64,000 nucleotides of DNA. Origin: Macrostomum lignano (taxonomy: Eukaryota). The notes under the pieces were generated by a model, which ran no database searches, was not told the DNA's origin, and saw nothing but the letters and a program-made list of their open reading frames with translations. The stretch covers positions 1 through 64,000 of the forward strand of contig NIVC01003972.1 of assembly GCA_002269645.1 (NCBI GenBank). The letters run 5' to 3'. A program made the position numbers and the translations under genes. Positions 32,601 through 44,296 of this stretch are shown piece by piece (the stretch's first letter is position 1; each line of letters begins with the position of its first letter).

Positions 32601-35600
32601 CTTGACCACCGGCTCAACTGGTCCTTCCACGTGAAAGCAAAAGCCAAGCGTGCCTCAGCCATCCTGGCCCAGCTCCGACGAGCACTTGGCACTTCTTGGG
32701 GTCTATCCCCAAAGCGGCTTTGGTGGATCTATACTTCCGTAGTTAGACCTGCCATTACGTACGCCTCTGTTGTCTGGGTTAGCGCTACCCAGGTCAAAAG
32801 CCATGCAGATCTGCTCAACACGATCCAAGGCAGAGCGTGTAGGCTCATCTGCAACGCCACCAGGTCCACACCCTTTGCTGGCATGGGGGCCTTCCTTAAT
32901 CTACCGCCTCTTGACCTCTTCGTCAGGGGCGAGGCGGCTAGAACGACGCGGCGTCTAATTGATGCCGGCGTCAAATTCATTTACATGAGAGCACCTGCTA
33001 AGCGGAACCTTGTCCCGCATAGCGACCTGTGCCTCAACTTTCTCAACGAGTGTCAGGCCAATCGCGTCTTCACCGATGGCATTGCCTCAACGCTCAACCT
33101 GAGACAGCGCTACTCCGTAGCTATCGACTCGCGCTATAACATCAATGACCAATGGAACCTTGGTGAGCTTCATTGCTACACCGACGGTTCTAAGCAGTCA
33201 GCCAACACCGGTTTTGGTGTTGGAATCTTCCTGAATGGGAGGGTCATCGCTACCCACGCTCAATACACTGGGGTCAACTCCAGTGTTTTCCAAAATGAAG
33301 TTCTGGCCATCAGCTCCTGCACTGCAGAGCTTCTCGCCACTGGCGTTACTGGTAAGAACATCATTTTCCATTCGGACAGCCAAGCTGCCTTGCACGCCAT
33401 CAGTGGCTGCAGCACCAACTCTGCTACAGTCCTCGACTGTATCAAACTCCTCAACGTGTTGGGTTCCGCCAACAAAATTACCCTTAAGTGGGTTCCGGGG
33501 CATGTGGGGATCCGAGGAAATGAGCTGGTTGACACCCTTGCAAAAGTTGGTGCCTCCGGCTCCTCTCTCGGCCCCGAACCTCTTGTCCCGATTCCTGGCT
33601 GTGTCATCGACTCACGCATCAAAGCGTGGATCAGGACTCAGCACCGCTCGACTTGGGCGAACCGCACGAACTGCAGGCAATCCAGAGGCGCTGTCCCTCA
33701 GCCCTCTCACCAGCTCCGGAAGCTCCTATTGCGCCTCTCGCGCAGAGACATCCGGGCTGCCACCATGACCCTCTCTGGTCACGGCTGCTTCTCCAGGCAC
33801 CAGTACCTGCAGGGCAACGCCACCAACGCCACCTGTAGTTTCTGCAACTCAGGTGACGAAACCGCTGAGCATTTCGTCAGCATCTGTCCCGCCTTCACGC
33901 GGGCCAGACTCACTTACCTCGGGCCACACACATCTATTACTGAAGCGTGCAAACCCGAAAACTTTAATCATCTCATGCGCTACCTTCGGGCCACCCGCAG
34001 GGCTGAACTCTCCTTTCCAGAGAGCACTATAACTGCTGGCGACACTGGGGGACCTCCCTGGGCGGCGCCAACCCTCCGTCCATAGCGACGCGTCGGCCGT
34101 TCAGGGATTAGCGGAATGGGCGTTCGCGCCTTCCCGCTGTGTCTCCCCCGGGACAGCCCTGCAGCTAAGCCAAGTAAGTCAAGTCAACCCTACAGAGTCC
34201 TCAGTCTCAACCCCACAGAGTCCTCAATCTCAACTCTACAGAGTCCTCAATCTCAACCCTACAGAGTCCTCAATCTCAACCCTACAGAGTCCTCAATCTC
34301 AACCCTACAGAGTCCTCAATCTCAACCCTACAGAGTCCTCAATCCCAACCCTACAGAGTCCTCAACCATACAGAGTCCTCAATCTCAACCCTAGAGTCCT
34401 CAATCTCAACCCTACAGAGTCCTCAACCCCACAGAGTCCTCAATCTCAACCCTACAGAGTCCTCAATCTCAACCCTACAGAGTCCTCAATCCCAACCCTA
34501 CAGAGTCCTCAACCCTACAGAGTCCTCAATCTCAACCCTAGAGTCCTCAATCCCAACCCTACAGAGTCCTCAACCCTACAGAGTCCTCAATCTCAACCCT
34601 AGAGTCCTCAATCCCAACCCTACAGAGTCCTCAACCCTACAGAGTCCTCAATCTCAACCCTAGAGTCCTCAATCCCAACCCTACAGAGTCCTCAACCCTA
34701 CAGAGTCCTCAATCTCAACCCTAGAGTCCTCAATCTCAACCCTACAGTCCTCAATCTCAACCCTACAGAGTCCTCAATCTCAACCCTACAGTCCTCAGAC
34801 GCGCACACAGTGCTCACCTGCGGCATCCACGGTGGCGGGGTAGAAGAACTCGGTGAAGTCAACGAAAGCGGTGACGGTGTTCCGGGGCAGCTGCAGCCGG
34901 GCCTTGTCCGAAGCCAGGAAAGGCGCCTTGTTGTTCTTGCTGGCGTCCGTGGAGGTCACGCAGCCCATGCAGAAGTCCTGCAGACTGACCGTCACGCAGC
35001 TCTCAATCAGCTGGTCGGTTTGGCAGCCGCCGCCCAGGGCTTCAACTCGCTGACAGTGCCACCGGTCGGCCTTCTCGTTCGCCTCGGTGTGCTGCAGCCA
35101 CCGCTCGCTGCGGCCAGCAGCTGAATTAAATCGTTGATTGATTAATTGGCGATTTAATGATGATTGATTGGCGATTTAATGATGATTGATTGGCGATTTA
35201 ATGATGATTGATTGGCGATTTAATGATGATTGATTGGCGATTTAATGATGATTGATTGGCGATTTAATGATGATTGATTGGTGATTTAATGATGATTGAT
35301 TGGCGATTTAATGATGATTGATTGGCGATTTAATGATGATTGATTGGCGATTTAATGATGATTGATTGGCGATTTAATGATGATTGATTGGCGATTTAAT
35401 GATGATTGATTGGCGATTTAATGATGATTGATTGGTGATTTAATGATGATTGATAAGTGATTTTATGATGATTGATTGGTGATTTAATGATGATTAATTA
35501 ATGATTTATTGATGATTGATAAGTGATTTCATTATGATTGATTGGTTATTTAATGATGATTGATAAGTGATTTAATGGTGATTGATTGGTGATTGATTAA

Positions 35601-38600
35601 TGATTATTGATCGGTTTCTTCACGATGATTGATTAATGATTATTGATCGGTTTCTTCACGATGATTGATTAATGATTTAATGGTGATTGATTGGTGATTT
35701 AATGATTATTGATTGGTTATTTAATGATGATTGATAAGTGATTTAATGGTGATTGATTGATCCATTCAATTATAATTGACTAATGATTTAAAGAAACAGG
35801 CAATTACCGAATGGGTGCATCGGATACAGGTGAAAGCCAATGTTGAGCAGGGTGAGCTGGATTGCGCCGTTCACTACTGAGCTTTCGCTTAGCTTTGAGT
35901 CTGCAAATTTATAATTATAACGCCGGTTAGTGCTGGGGTTCGGACAGTGGACAGTAGCTAGGGTTCCGGATAGAGGACATTACGAGCGTAGGGCTCGGAC
36001 AGAGGACAGTAGGGTTCGGAAATAGGACACTAGGGTTCGGACAGGACAGTATAGGGCACGGACAGAGGACAATATAGGGCTCGGACAGAGGACAGTATAG
36101 GGCTCAGACAGAGACCAGTAGGACTCGGACAGAGACCAGTAGGGCTCAGACAGAGACCAGTAGGACTCGGACAGAGACCAGTAGGGCTCGGACAGAGACC
36201 AGTAGGGCTCGGACAGAGACCAGTAGGGCTCGAACAGAGACCAGTAGGCCTCGAACAGAGACCAGTAGGGCTCGAACAGAGGACAGGGCTCGAACAGAGA
36301 ATCAGAAAGTAAGGCTCGGACAGTGAACAATGGACCTCGGACAGAAGCTACGCACCAGATGAGCTCTCCTCGCAAAAGTGCAGGTCCACCCGGCCAGTGT
36401 GCAGGTGGTAGGAGGTCTCAAGGATGTCGAATCGGCGAAACGCCAGCTCGCTGGAGCTCTCCGAGGAGGCGCCGCTGGCGGCGGACTGGCGCTGCTGCTG
36501 CAGCTGCTGGGCCGGAGACAGGGCGGAGGCGTGCGACAGCCGGTGCTGGCTGGGCACGGACGGCCCCAGCCCCAGGCTCTGCTGGAAGCAGAAATTCAGA
36601 CGGAACAGAATATTCTCAGGCATCTTAGAGGGGCGATTTGAGGCAAAGCTCTGTGGCTTTTTGGATCCCAGTGGTTTATTGAGTGACTCTCACAGTGGTT
36701 TATTGAGTGACTCTCACAGTGGTATATTGAGTGATTCTCACAGTAGTATATGGAGCGACTCTCACAGTGGTATATGAGGTGACTCTCACAGTGGTATATG
36801 AGGTGATTCTCACAGTGGTATATGAGGTGACTCTCACAGTGGTATATGAGGTGATTCTCACAGTGGTATATGAGGTGATTCTCACAGTGGTATATGAGGT
36901 GACTCTCACAGTGGTATATGGAGTGATTCTCACAGTGGTATATGAGGTGATTCTCACAGTGGTATATGGAGTGATTCTCACAGTGGTATATGAGGTGATT
37001 CTCACAGTGGTATATGGAGCGACTCTCACAGTGGTATATGAGGTGATTCTCACAGTGGTATATGGAGTGATTCTCACAGTGGTATATGGAGTGATTCTCA
37101 CAGTGGTATATGAGGTGATTCTCACAGTGGTATATGGAGTGATTCTCACAGTGGTATATGAGGTGATTCTCACAGTGGTATATGAGGTGATTCTCACAGT
37201 GGTATATGGAGTGATTCTCACAGTGGTATATGGAGCGACTCTCACAGTGGTATATGAGGTGATTCTCACAGTGGTATATGGAGTGATTCCTCAATCTGCC
37301 TTCACTCAAAGCCAGTCTCATCGCGTTAGTTTACGCACCTCCAGCTTCTTCTTAGCCAGCTGCTTGGATTGCTGCTTTGATTTCTCCACGCTTTTCTGCA
37401 GCGACTTAACGAACATTACGGTAGCCTCCAGCTGCGAGACAGTCAGCACCCACAGCAGGTCGTCCAACAACAGTTCGAGACGGGAGGCCACGATGCGCGA
37501 GTCTGGGGAAATGGCGCCAAGATTTTTACACTTGCAAAGCCTTTCAGATATGAATTCCAGGCTTCCCGCACCGCTTAGAAAAATATCTTAAGAATTGTTC
37601 GATGGAGCCGTCTGTGAGCACGATTAGAAGAGAGGGGGTTCCAGAGAGGCGGCAGGGAATCAGAAATGGGCAGCAGATAAAAGAGTGGCTTAGGGAAATA
37701 ATTACAAGGAGGATAGAGAGAGAGACGGGAGGTGGGGGCAGGGGGCAGAGATGGTGAGGGGAACGAGGGAGGGATGGGAGGTGAGGGTGAGAGGGAGAGG
37801 GGAAAGAGGAGGGATGAGGGTGAGGTGAAAGGGGAGAGGGAGGGAGGAAGAGGTGAAGAAAGAGGAAAGGGGAGAGGGGGGAGAGGGAAGGAGGTGTGAG
37901 GGGAGGGTACAGGGGAGAGGGATAGGCCAAGGGATGAGAGGGCAAGGAAGAGAGGGCAGGGAAGAGGGCAGGAATGAGAGGGCAGGGAAGAGAGGGCAGG
38001 GAAGAGGGCAAGGAAGAGAGGGCAGTGAAGAGGGCAGTGAAGAGGGCAGTGAAGAGGGCAGGGAAGAGAGGGCAGGGAAGAGGGCAAGGAAGAGAGGGCA
38101 GTGAAGAGGGCAGGAATGAGAGGGCAGGGAAGAGAGGGCAGGGAAGAGGGCAAGGAAGAGAGGGCAGGGAAGAGGGCAGGAATGAGAGGGCAGGGAAGAG
38201 AGGGCAGGGAAGAGGGCAAGGAAGAGAGGGCAGTGAAGAGGGCAGTGAAGAGGGCAGTGAAGAGGGCAGGGAAGAGGGCAGGGAAGAGAGGGCAAGGAAG
38301 AGAGGGCAGTGAAGAGGGCAGTGAAGAGGGCAGGGAAGAGGGCAGTGAAGAGGGCAGTGAAGAGGGCAGGGAAGAGAGGGCAGGGATGAGAGGGCAGGGA
38401 TGAGAGGGCAGGGATGAGGGCAAGGAAGAGAGGGCAGTGAAGAGGGCAGTGAAGAGGGCAGGGAAGAGGGCAGGGAAGAGAGGGCAGGGAAGAGGGCAAG
38501 GAAGAGAGGGCAGTGAAGAGGGCAGTGAAGAGGGCAGTGAAGAGGGCAGGGAAGAGAGGGCAGGGATGAGAGGGCAGGGATGAGAGGGCAGGGATGAGAG

Positions 38601-41600
38601 GGCAGGGATGAGGGCAAGGAAGAGAGGGCAGTGAAGAGGGCAGTGAAGAGGGCAGGGAAGAGAGGGCAGGGAAGAGGGCAAGGAAGAGAGGGCAGTGAAG
38701 AGGGCAGTGAAGAGGGCAGTGAAGAGGGTAGTGAAGAGGGCAGGGAAGAGGGCAAGGAAGAGAGGGCAGTGAAGAGGGCAGTGAAGAGGGCAGTGAAGAG
38801 GGCAGGGAAGAGGGCAGGGAAGAGAGGGCAGGGAAGAGGGCAAGGAAGAGAGGGCAGTGAAGAGGGCAGTGAAGAGGGCAGGGAAGAGGGCAGTGAAGAG
38901 GGCAGGGAAGAGAGGGCAGGGATGAGAGGGCAGGGATGAGAGGGCAGGGAAGAGATGAAGGAGAGAGAAGGGAGCTAACTAAATAAGCTACTAGGGTACA
39001 AGGAGGTGAAAAAGAAGCCAAATAAGACAAATTCAAATCCACAGTAATGAATATTCAGCAAAATTAATGAAAGCGCAGCCAGGCCCCCAGCCTTACCGGC
39101 TAGGTTTTTCTTCATGGTCAGCCGAATCCGCGATGTGTTGGTGATGAGGCGCACCAGCGTGCCGCCCCAGTCCTCTGAGTTGCCAGCCTCGAACCGCGTG
39201 GTTTCCCACACCACCTCCTTGAACAGCAGGATCTGGTCTCGAGCCCGGCTGCGCAGGTAGGTGAACTTCAGGTCTCCCTTCGTCCAGGTGGGCAGCACTG
39301 AATACAGATGGACCCGGGATAGCTGGAAAAGTTGGGAGAATAGGGATCTAGTTTTGGGACTAGGGATTTCATTATGGGACTAGGGATCTCATTGTGGGAT
39401 TAGGGATCTCATTGTGGGATTAGGGATCTCATTGTGGGATTAGGGATCTGAAGATCATAGGAGTTGGGATCTGATGATTATATGATTTGGGATCTGATGA
39501 TCATATGATTAGGGATCTGAAGATCATAGGAGTTGGGATCTGATGATCATATGATTTGGGATCTGATGATCATAGGATTTGGGATCTGATGATCATAGGA
39601 TTTTGGATCTGATGATCATGGGATTAGGGATTTGATTATCATGGGATTAGGGATCTGATGATCATGGGATTAGGGATTTGATTATCATGGGATTTAGGGA
39701 TTTGATGATCATGGATTAAGGATCTGATGAACATGGAATAGCGGATCAGGATCAGCATACTAAGGATCGGGCCATGGGATTAGATGGAAATTTGGGATCG
39801 AATGCATTTCGAATGGGGTTCAAGGAATTACTCCCAAAACATTTTTGCTGCCAGCACTCGGTGTCCAGAGAGAGCATTACTCACACCGAATGCATCTGCC
39901 ATTTGCTCTACTTAGCTTTGTACCTGTGTTAATCAATTCTCTTCGCTCTGGGCCGAAATGCACCAGTGATTGGAATCTGAATTAGGAATCTGAAATGACA
40001 CGCAAAGCTCGCACCTGAATAGACGCTCGAAACGCCTTGGCAACGAAGACGATGGCCACCGAGTTCACGCACAGATCGATGCCGTTAATAACTTTGTCAG
40101 CGAAGCTGTAGCGCCCGTCGGAGGTTTTGTCCTTGTAGCTGGCCGTGTCGGAGCTGTGCGGCGGCCGCGGGCTGTCCAAGGCTTCAATTTCAACCGTGAC
40201 CTCATCAAGGCTGAGGCACAGCGGCTGCTTCTGCAGTTTGGTCCACTGGCAGCGGATGCAGACCCGGTTGCAGCGGGCGCTGCGCAGCCGCAGCCAGGTG
40301 GGCAGGTCCAGCAGCTGCATGATGGCCTCCTCGTTCAGCTCCAGGTTGGTGAGCTCGCCTTCGCCTTTCATGAAGCTCAGCTTCAGGTGCTCTGGGGACA
40401 GGTTCTTGGCGAATCTGATGGCGGTGAGTGGGGAAACTGCTCTCAGCCAATAGCCACTTAAATGGGTGTGTTGCCAATAGAAACAGCTGGGTGATTCCCA
40501 AGGTTGCACATGTATGCCTCCCATTATCCATTTTCAATATGCATTCATCATGCCTCACTACACAAAACCAATTGCCAACAACTTCCAACTATCAATGCAG
40601 GGTTCTCATCCTCTTAAAATAAGGTAGCTCCAAATAAAGTAAACAAAGCCATCTATACTATAAAGCTATAATCTGTTGAGTATACCTGAACTTTTGTTAA
40701 ACTAATCAGCAATATAGATAAAATCATTGTCAATGAAACTAAACTTTTATATTCAAATTAAAGCTATTGCTATATTATATACATTAAAAAAAGAAGTATA
40801 AAAAGATTTGCCAATAGTTGAAAAAGATTAATATATATTCTAGATTTTAATTTTTTATGAATATTATACGAGCATATTTTAAGTTCTATCATGCTATCCT
40901 GGAGTAAGGAAATTTTAGCTATGCTAATTAGTCTTTGGTAACAAGATTTATGAAATTTAAAATGGCAGCTAGTAATTAAAAAAACTTGTTATAAATACTG
41001 ACTCATATTTATACATAGCAGTAGGGTATTAAGAGATAATAGCTATAAAATATTTTAACCAAAATTTAAACTTGTATAAATTTTTTATTTAAATTTTTAC
41101 TTGTATCAATAAATTTTACCAAAACCATATAATCTTTCTTAAGACATTCTTGTTAATTGGTTTTCAATTGTAGGAACGTGACTTCCGGTTGCATGAAAAC
41201 GCATTTGGCCAGCTGCACTTTGAGTCCGTAGTGGTCCAATCGTGACAGGACAGCTTCCAGGTGTTGCAGGTGCTCCTCTTCGCTCGCAGATGCTACCAGG
41301 AGGTCATCGATGTAGGAGATGGCGAAGGGGAGCCCGCGGAGCACACCGTCGATGAACCGCTGAAAGGTTTGCGCGGCGTTCCTCAGGCCGAATGGCATCC
41401 GGGTCCACTCGTACAACCCGAATGGCGTGACTATGGCGGTCTTGTGAATATCTTCTTCGGCGATCGGGATCTGATGGTACGCTCTCACCAGGTCGAGCTT
41501 CGAAAAGACTTTCGCACCGTGCAGGCTCCTCGTGAAGCACTGGATGTGAGGAATCGGGTACTTGTCTGGCTTGGTCAACCGGTTGAGCTTCCGATAATCA

Positions 41601-44296
41601 CCGCATGGTCTCCACTTGCCGTTCGGAACACCGTCGTTCTTCTTTGGCACCATGTGCAGCGGTGATGCCCAGTTGCTGGACGAAGGTCGCAGGTATCCGG
41701 CATCGATCAGCTGCTGAAACTCATTCTTCGCGATGGCTAGTTTCTCGGGGTGCAGCTGCCTGGCCTTGGCGTGAGTCGGTTGATGCTCGCCGGTAACGAT
41801 GACGTGACGCTTGTCGTGCTTGACCTCTTTGGCTGGTGGCAGGCGACCTCCCTCCACGTATGTGAAGGTGTCTTTGAAGCGGTCAATGAGCTGACGGACC
41901 CGCTGATCGCAGTTGTCGGGGTACGCCAAGGAAACGCTGAAGGTGTCGAGCTGCATCGCGGCAACCGGCAGCGTCTGCGTGCGCAGCTTTGTTTCAGGAT
42001 CGACCAGCTGGCGTGTCTTGCAGTCGACGAGCAATCCATAGTGCGATAGGAAGTCATATCCCAGTATGGGCTGAACCACGGCGGCGACCAAGAAGGTCCA
42101 GCGGAACGAGCGGCGCAGGCCTCGAATAGCGACATCGAGCGTGGCTTCTCCAGCAACCGGGATTGGAGCACCTGTGGCGGTGGTTAAGCGGAATCCAGTC
42201 GCTTGGAAGGCCTGGCGTAGATACTTTGATGGGATGATGGATGCTGCGGCACCAGTGTCGACGAGGAATGCAAATACTTGGCTGTTGAAGGTCAGATCTA
42301 CCACCAGGAAGGCTTGGTTCGCCGCTCTATCGCTGATGGCGCTGCTTACTACGGCGTGTTGGGCAGCGCCGCCCAGTTTTCCGGATCGCGACGCACAGGC
42401 GAGTTAGAGCGAGACTGGGCGGGCGTTGACTCGCGGTTGCTAAGGACGCGTGGCTGGTGCCCCGGCAACTTCGGAAACTGACACCACCGGCGGCATGTGC
42501 GCGCCTGCAGGCCGTAGAAGACGTGCGCGCGGCAGACGACTGGACGTTGACCGGATCGGAACGGCGGCACGTCGTTGCGAGGTGGTCTCCGTGTCGCAGC
42601 TGAGCCTTGGGTTTGCTGAGCTGGGATAGCAGCGACAGGCTGCGCTGCTCCGAGCTGCCCTACTGCGTTGACCTTCCCGCCGGTACTCTGGACGCTGAAC
42701 ATCGCGTCGGCGATGGTGGCGATCTCCGTAGGGGATTGGCCTTGGAAGCCCGACAGTGCGATGCGGAACTCGCTGGGTAGGCAGCGGAGCAGGGTTGCTT
42801 TGACCATATCAGGGCACACCGTAGGATTTAGTCCGCACTGCGACATCTTGGCGACCAGTCGCTGCAGAAAGATCGAAGGTTTATCTCCGCCGAGGTCTGA
42901 GGTTGCCAGAATTTCATTGATTTTTTCTTGTTGGCTCTTCTGCAGCATGTTGCAGACGCCTTTCTTCAGGTTGGTGTAGCTCTGCACATTAGCTGACGAC
43001 AGCGAATCTCTGGACAGGAAGACCGAGCCGATGTCCTCGGGTAGATGGGCGACCAGATGAAAAAACTTAGTTTTCTCAGAGGTGATGTGCGCTAAGTTAA
43101 ACTGCGCCTCCAGAGTGCAAAACCACGCTTCTGGATTTGTCCGATAGAAGGGTGGTGGCTTGACAGCCACAGCTGCCACTGCTGGGTAACCAGTTGGCGC
43201 AGCGTCGTCGTTTGCGGCGTCCTGCTGACCCTGGAGTGCGTCGACTTCGGGTTGAATTGAGTCTTCGTTGGACATTTTTGGTGTCGCCTCACCGGACCAA
43301 TTGTAGCAATAGTTGATGAAGATAAAGAGCAAAGGCGGTGGTTCTGTGTTTGCTGTATGAAAATAATCACTTAAAGAGTTGAAGTACTTTGGTTACGTTT
43401 ATTTATAGTACTGAACTGAGTATAACCGGAAATTTCTAGAAGTTTCGTTAGTTACAACAAAATTAAATATTTTAAATGCTATTACATAACACTACCATAC
43501 AAATGCATTAATAAATATGACAACAATAAATTTTATACCTAATATTAAGCAGTAAGACTAACATTTGATTAAACTAAAGGAAATTTCTGGAATAAACTTT
43601 AACTTTGCACTAAAAAAGTAATTTCTCAAAAATTCTAATTCTAAAAAAATCTAGCATAGGCCTACATGTACTTTCTAAGATTGATACTTTACGCTACACT
43701 AATACATTGGCATTTTAACAAAGGTATCTATTGTAGCAAGGTAGGAAAAGGCAAAAAGAGGCATAGCATAGCAAAGGAAATATGGCTAAATTCTAAATAG
43801 AAAAGTTCAAGGTATTATACAATCATAGTAAAAGTCTAGCCTTGCATAGAAAAAGAGAATTGGCTTGCGTAAATATCTTATTTGGCTATTTTTATATCTT
43901 ATTAATGCTTTTTAGTGTGAAGTTTTAGTAGTCCATATCTTTTTATTAGGCACTCTTTCTATTGTCATAATAGATATTTAAAATATATTTTATATTTATA
44001 ATGCTTTTATAAGTACCAAACTTACAATTAATATTAATATTACCATCTTGATTTGTAGCATGTAATGACAATGTTATTTAGTGTCTAAAGGTTGCATTAT
44101 ATTATCTTTTAAACTATCTATGGCTAAGCTTAGAAAACTTTGACAATGCCTTTTAAAAAAAGAAAACAAAAATTCAATACCTTTGGAAAATATGATAAAA
44201 TAAAAATTATAGCACCATTAGAATAATCTTTACTTACCTAGACAAGTAGTGCAAAATAGGATTTTTTGCTATGTTGAATAAATTTCCAAATACCAT
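20616..44296 (-). CDS. BLTP3: BLTP3/UHRF1BP1(L)-like bridge-like lipid transfer protein, 13 coding exons, 1224 aa
   Basis: Exons: 44296-44238, 40414-40015, 39322-39097, 37502-37339, 36581-36356, 35900-35808, 35120-34818, 28120-28014, 26989-26918, 26033-25038, 24883-24200, 21693-21579, 20845-20616. All GT-AG and phase-compatible, total 3675 nt. Chorein-N sequence [32 protein letters not shown] and [11 protein letters not shown] match UHRF1BP1L; C-terminal coiled coil. Confidence 0.93.
20875..21545. repeat. 20-bp minisatellite in BLTP3 intron 12; the same family recurs at 26665-26850
   Basis: (atctccatgacccatcctga)n. Confidence 0.95.
21700..22600. repeat. About 21-bp minisatellite
   Basis: (gggtgaatgggattcgcaatat)n. 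Confidence 0.95.
23050..24150. repeat. 12-bp minisatellite grading into a 24-bp unit
   Basis: (gggagtgccact/gggagtgctaca)n, then (gggagtgacaaaaggagtgccatc)n. Confidence 0.95.
26080..26650. repeat. About 23-bp minisatellite
   Basis: (ggggcctgaatatactgtcctca)n. Confidence 0.93.
28180..28278. repeat. 23-bp minisatellite, left part (split by the LINE insertion)
   Basis: (agagtcctcaatctcaaccctac)n; continues at 34184-34797. Confidence 0.92.
28279..28522 (+). ncRNA. Candidate HDV-like self-cleaving ribozyme at the LINE 5' end
   Basis: P1 GCACGCG(28279-85)/CGCGTGT(28476-82) with G1-U wobble; P3 GGG/CCC; L3 TACTCGT; P1.1 AC/GT; P4 GGCAG/CTGCC; J4/2 C-A-G-A (C28511); P2 CCCA(G)/(C)TGGG; structured J1/2 insert. 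Confidence 0.75.
28796..30307 (+). CDS. LINE ORF1 protein (503 aa, intact)
   Basis: Long ORF directly upstream of the endonuclease, with basic and low-complexity ends and a central globular region; no CCHC knuckle seen. Confidence 0.85.
   Translation: MAFEPTMDNQAFSRDGDPSKPQPQSEGPAGPAGRSQPTDSTVAKEGPAGSAGRSDQSYQTQNTQRPASSAGGSKGTASSEPKGSAKSGRSDEAQRARLERKRAKQRAKRQAKKGAAGAKAAASTMDAEATGVPRQPDGPAGGSSGSSAAALPGDAAAAAEAETTAQQMATANKEVPSGATFAAKAKAKIPGVIIQGRDQDWTTDQLQKVWSAVDSYLIELTVEEGISIGIERMVLRSTFVLIAPSSEEDARQLLQRLPTVSLDADLGGALFLREGQRPKTIPYVVFVPAKSTAAGPDVIRRVLLRLNPDLPASGLVYHRRVRRGETGNSIVLGLSSTWASRYPNGSSFQLGALKLKMRRGKSAKGKATANPGISGKSGAQSKAQGKAQANPKAKAASRPSASSSSATAVTAPAKPREPNLLVGEGVEDEAGSSESELSSAALVGSEVKDADEEASSILSSEPEDSAGEGGGGEGEEAMDVDQLPSPSQAPAAWDEDDLLSKSP
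30347..34085 (+). CDS. LINE ORF2 (AP endonuclease, RT, RNase H, CCHC) with about three frameshifts
   Basis: QINLQH, IQEP, GDLNAHH, SDH; [29 protein letters not shown]; YTDGS, SDSQAAL, WVPGH..GNE; [14 protein letters not shown]. Confidence 0.95.
34184..34797. repeat. 23-bp minisatellite, right part
   Basis: (agagtcctcaatctcaaccctac)n. Confidence 0.95.
35140..35760. repeat. About 21-bp AT-rich minisatellite
   Basis: (gattgattggcgatttaatgat)n. Confidence 0.93.
35990..36340. repeat. 21-bp minisatellite
   Basis: (gggctcggacagagaccagta)n. Confidence 0.9.
36680..37290. repeat. About 24-bp minisatellite
   Basis: (ggtgattctcacagtggtatatga)n. Confidence 0.95.
37700..38960. repeat. GA-rich low-complexity/minisatellite tract
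   Basis: (agggcagggaagag / agggcagtgaag)n. Confidence 0.93.
39350..39760. repeat. About 20-bp minisatellite
   Basis: (gggattagggatctgatgatcat)-like units. Confidence 0.88.
41170..42380 (-). pseudogene. pol: Gypsy Pol fragment (aspartic protease + RT), in the -1 frame relative to gag
   Basis: FLVDTGAA; [46 protein letters not shown]; breaks off after PEVTFL. Confidence 0.93.
42349..43275 (-). CDS. gag: Gypsy Gag
   Basis: [46 protein letters not shown]; ATG at 43275. Confidence 0.88.
   Translation of the reverse strand: MSNEDSIQPEVDALQGQQDAANDDAAPTGYPAVAAVAVKPPPFYRTNPEAWFCTLEAQFNLAHITSEKTKFFHLVAHLPEDIGSVFLSRDSLSSANVQSYTNLKKGVCNMLQKSQQEKINEILATSDLGGDKPSIFLQRLVAKMSQCGLNPTVCPDMVKATLLRCLPSEFRIALSGFQGQSPTEIATIADAMFSVQSTGGKVNAVGQLGAAQPVAAIPAQQTQGSAATRRPPRNDVPPFRSGQRPVVCRAHVFYGLQARTCRRWCQFPKLPGHQPRVLSNRESTPAQSRSNSPVRRDPENWAALPNTP

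Larger units (their letters stand above)
28279..34183 (+). mobile_element. Full-length non-LTR retrotransposon with RNase H (LOA/I-group-like), antisense in BLTP3 intron 7
   Basis: 5' UTR, ORF1, and ORF2 with APE-RT-RNaseH-CCHC; 3' tail caagt-aagtc-aagtc. Candidate 14-bp TSD tcaaccc(c/t)acagag at 28265-28278 and 34184-34197. Confidence 0.95.
41170..43459 (-). mobile_element. Ty3/gypsy LTR retrotransposon, 3'-truncated after RT, in BLTP3 intron 1
   Basis: Putative 5' LTR of about 158 bp (TG...CA, 43459-43302), then AT and a PBS-like TGGTCCGGTGAGG; gag and PR-RT follow; no RNase H, integrase or 3' LTR. Confidence 0.92.

Noticed and set aside
36596-39042. 200-450 aa low-complexity ORFs (YHCENH, LPSS)
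   Set aside because: Intronic tandem repeats lacking stop codons by composition.
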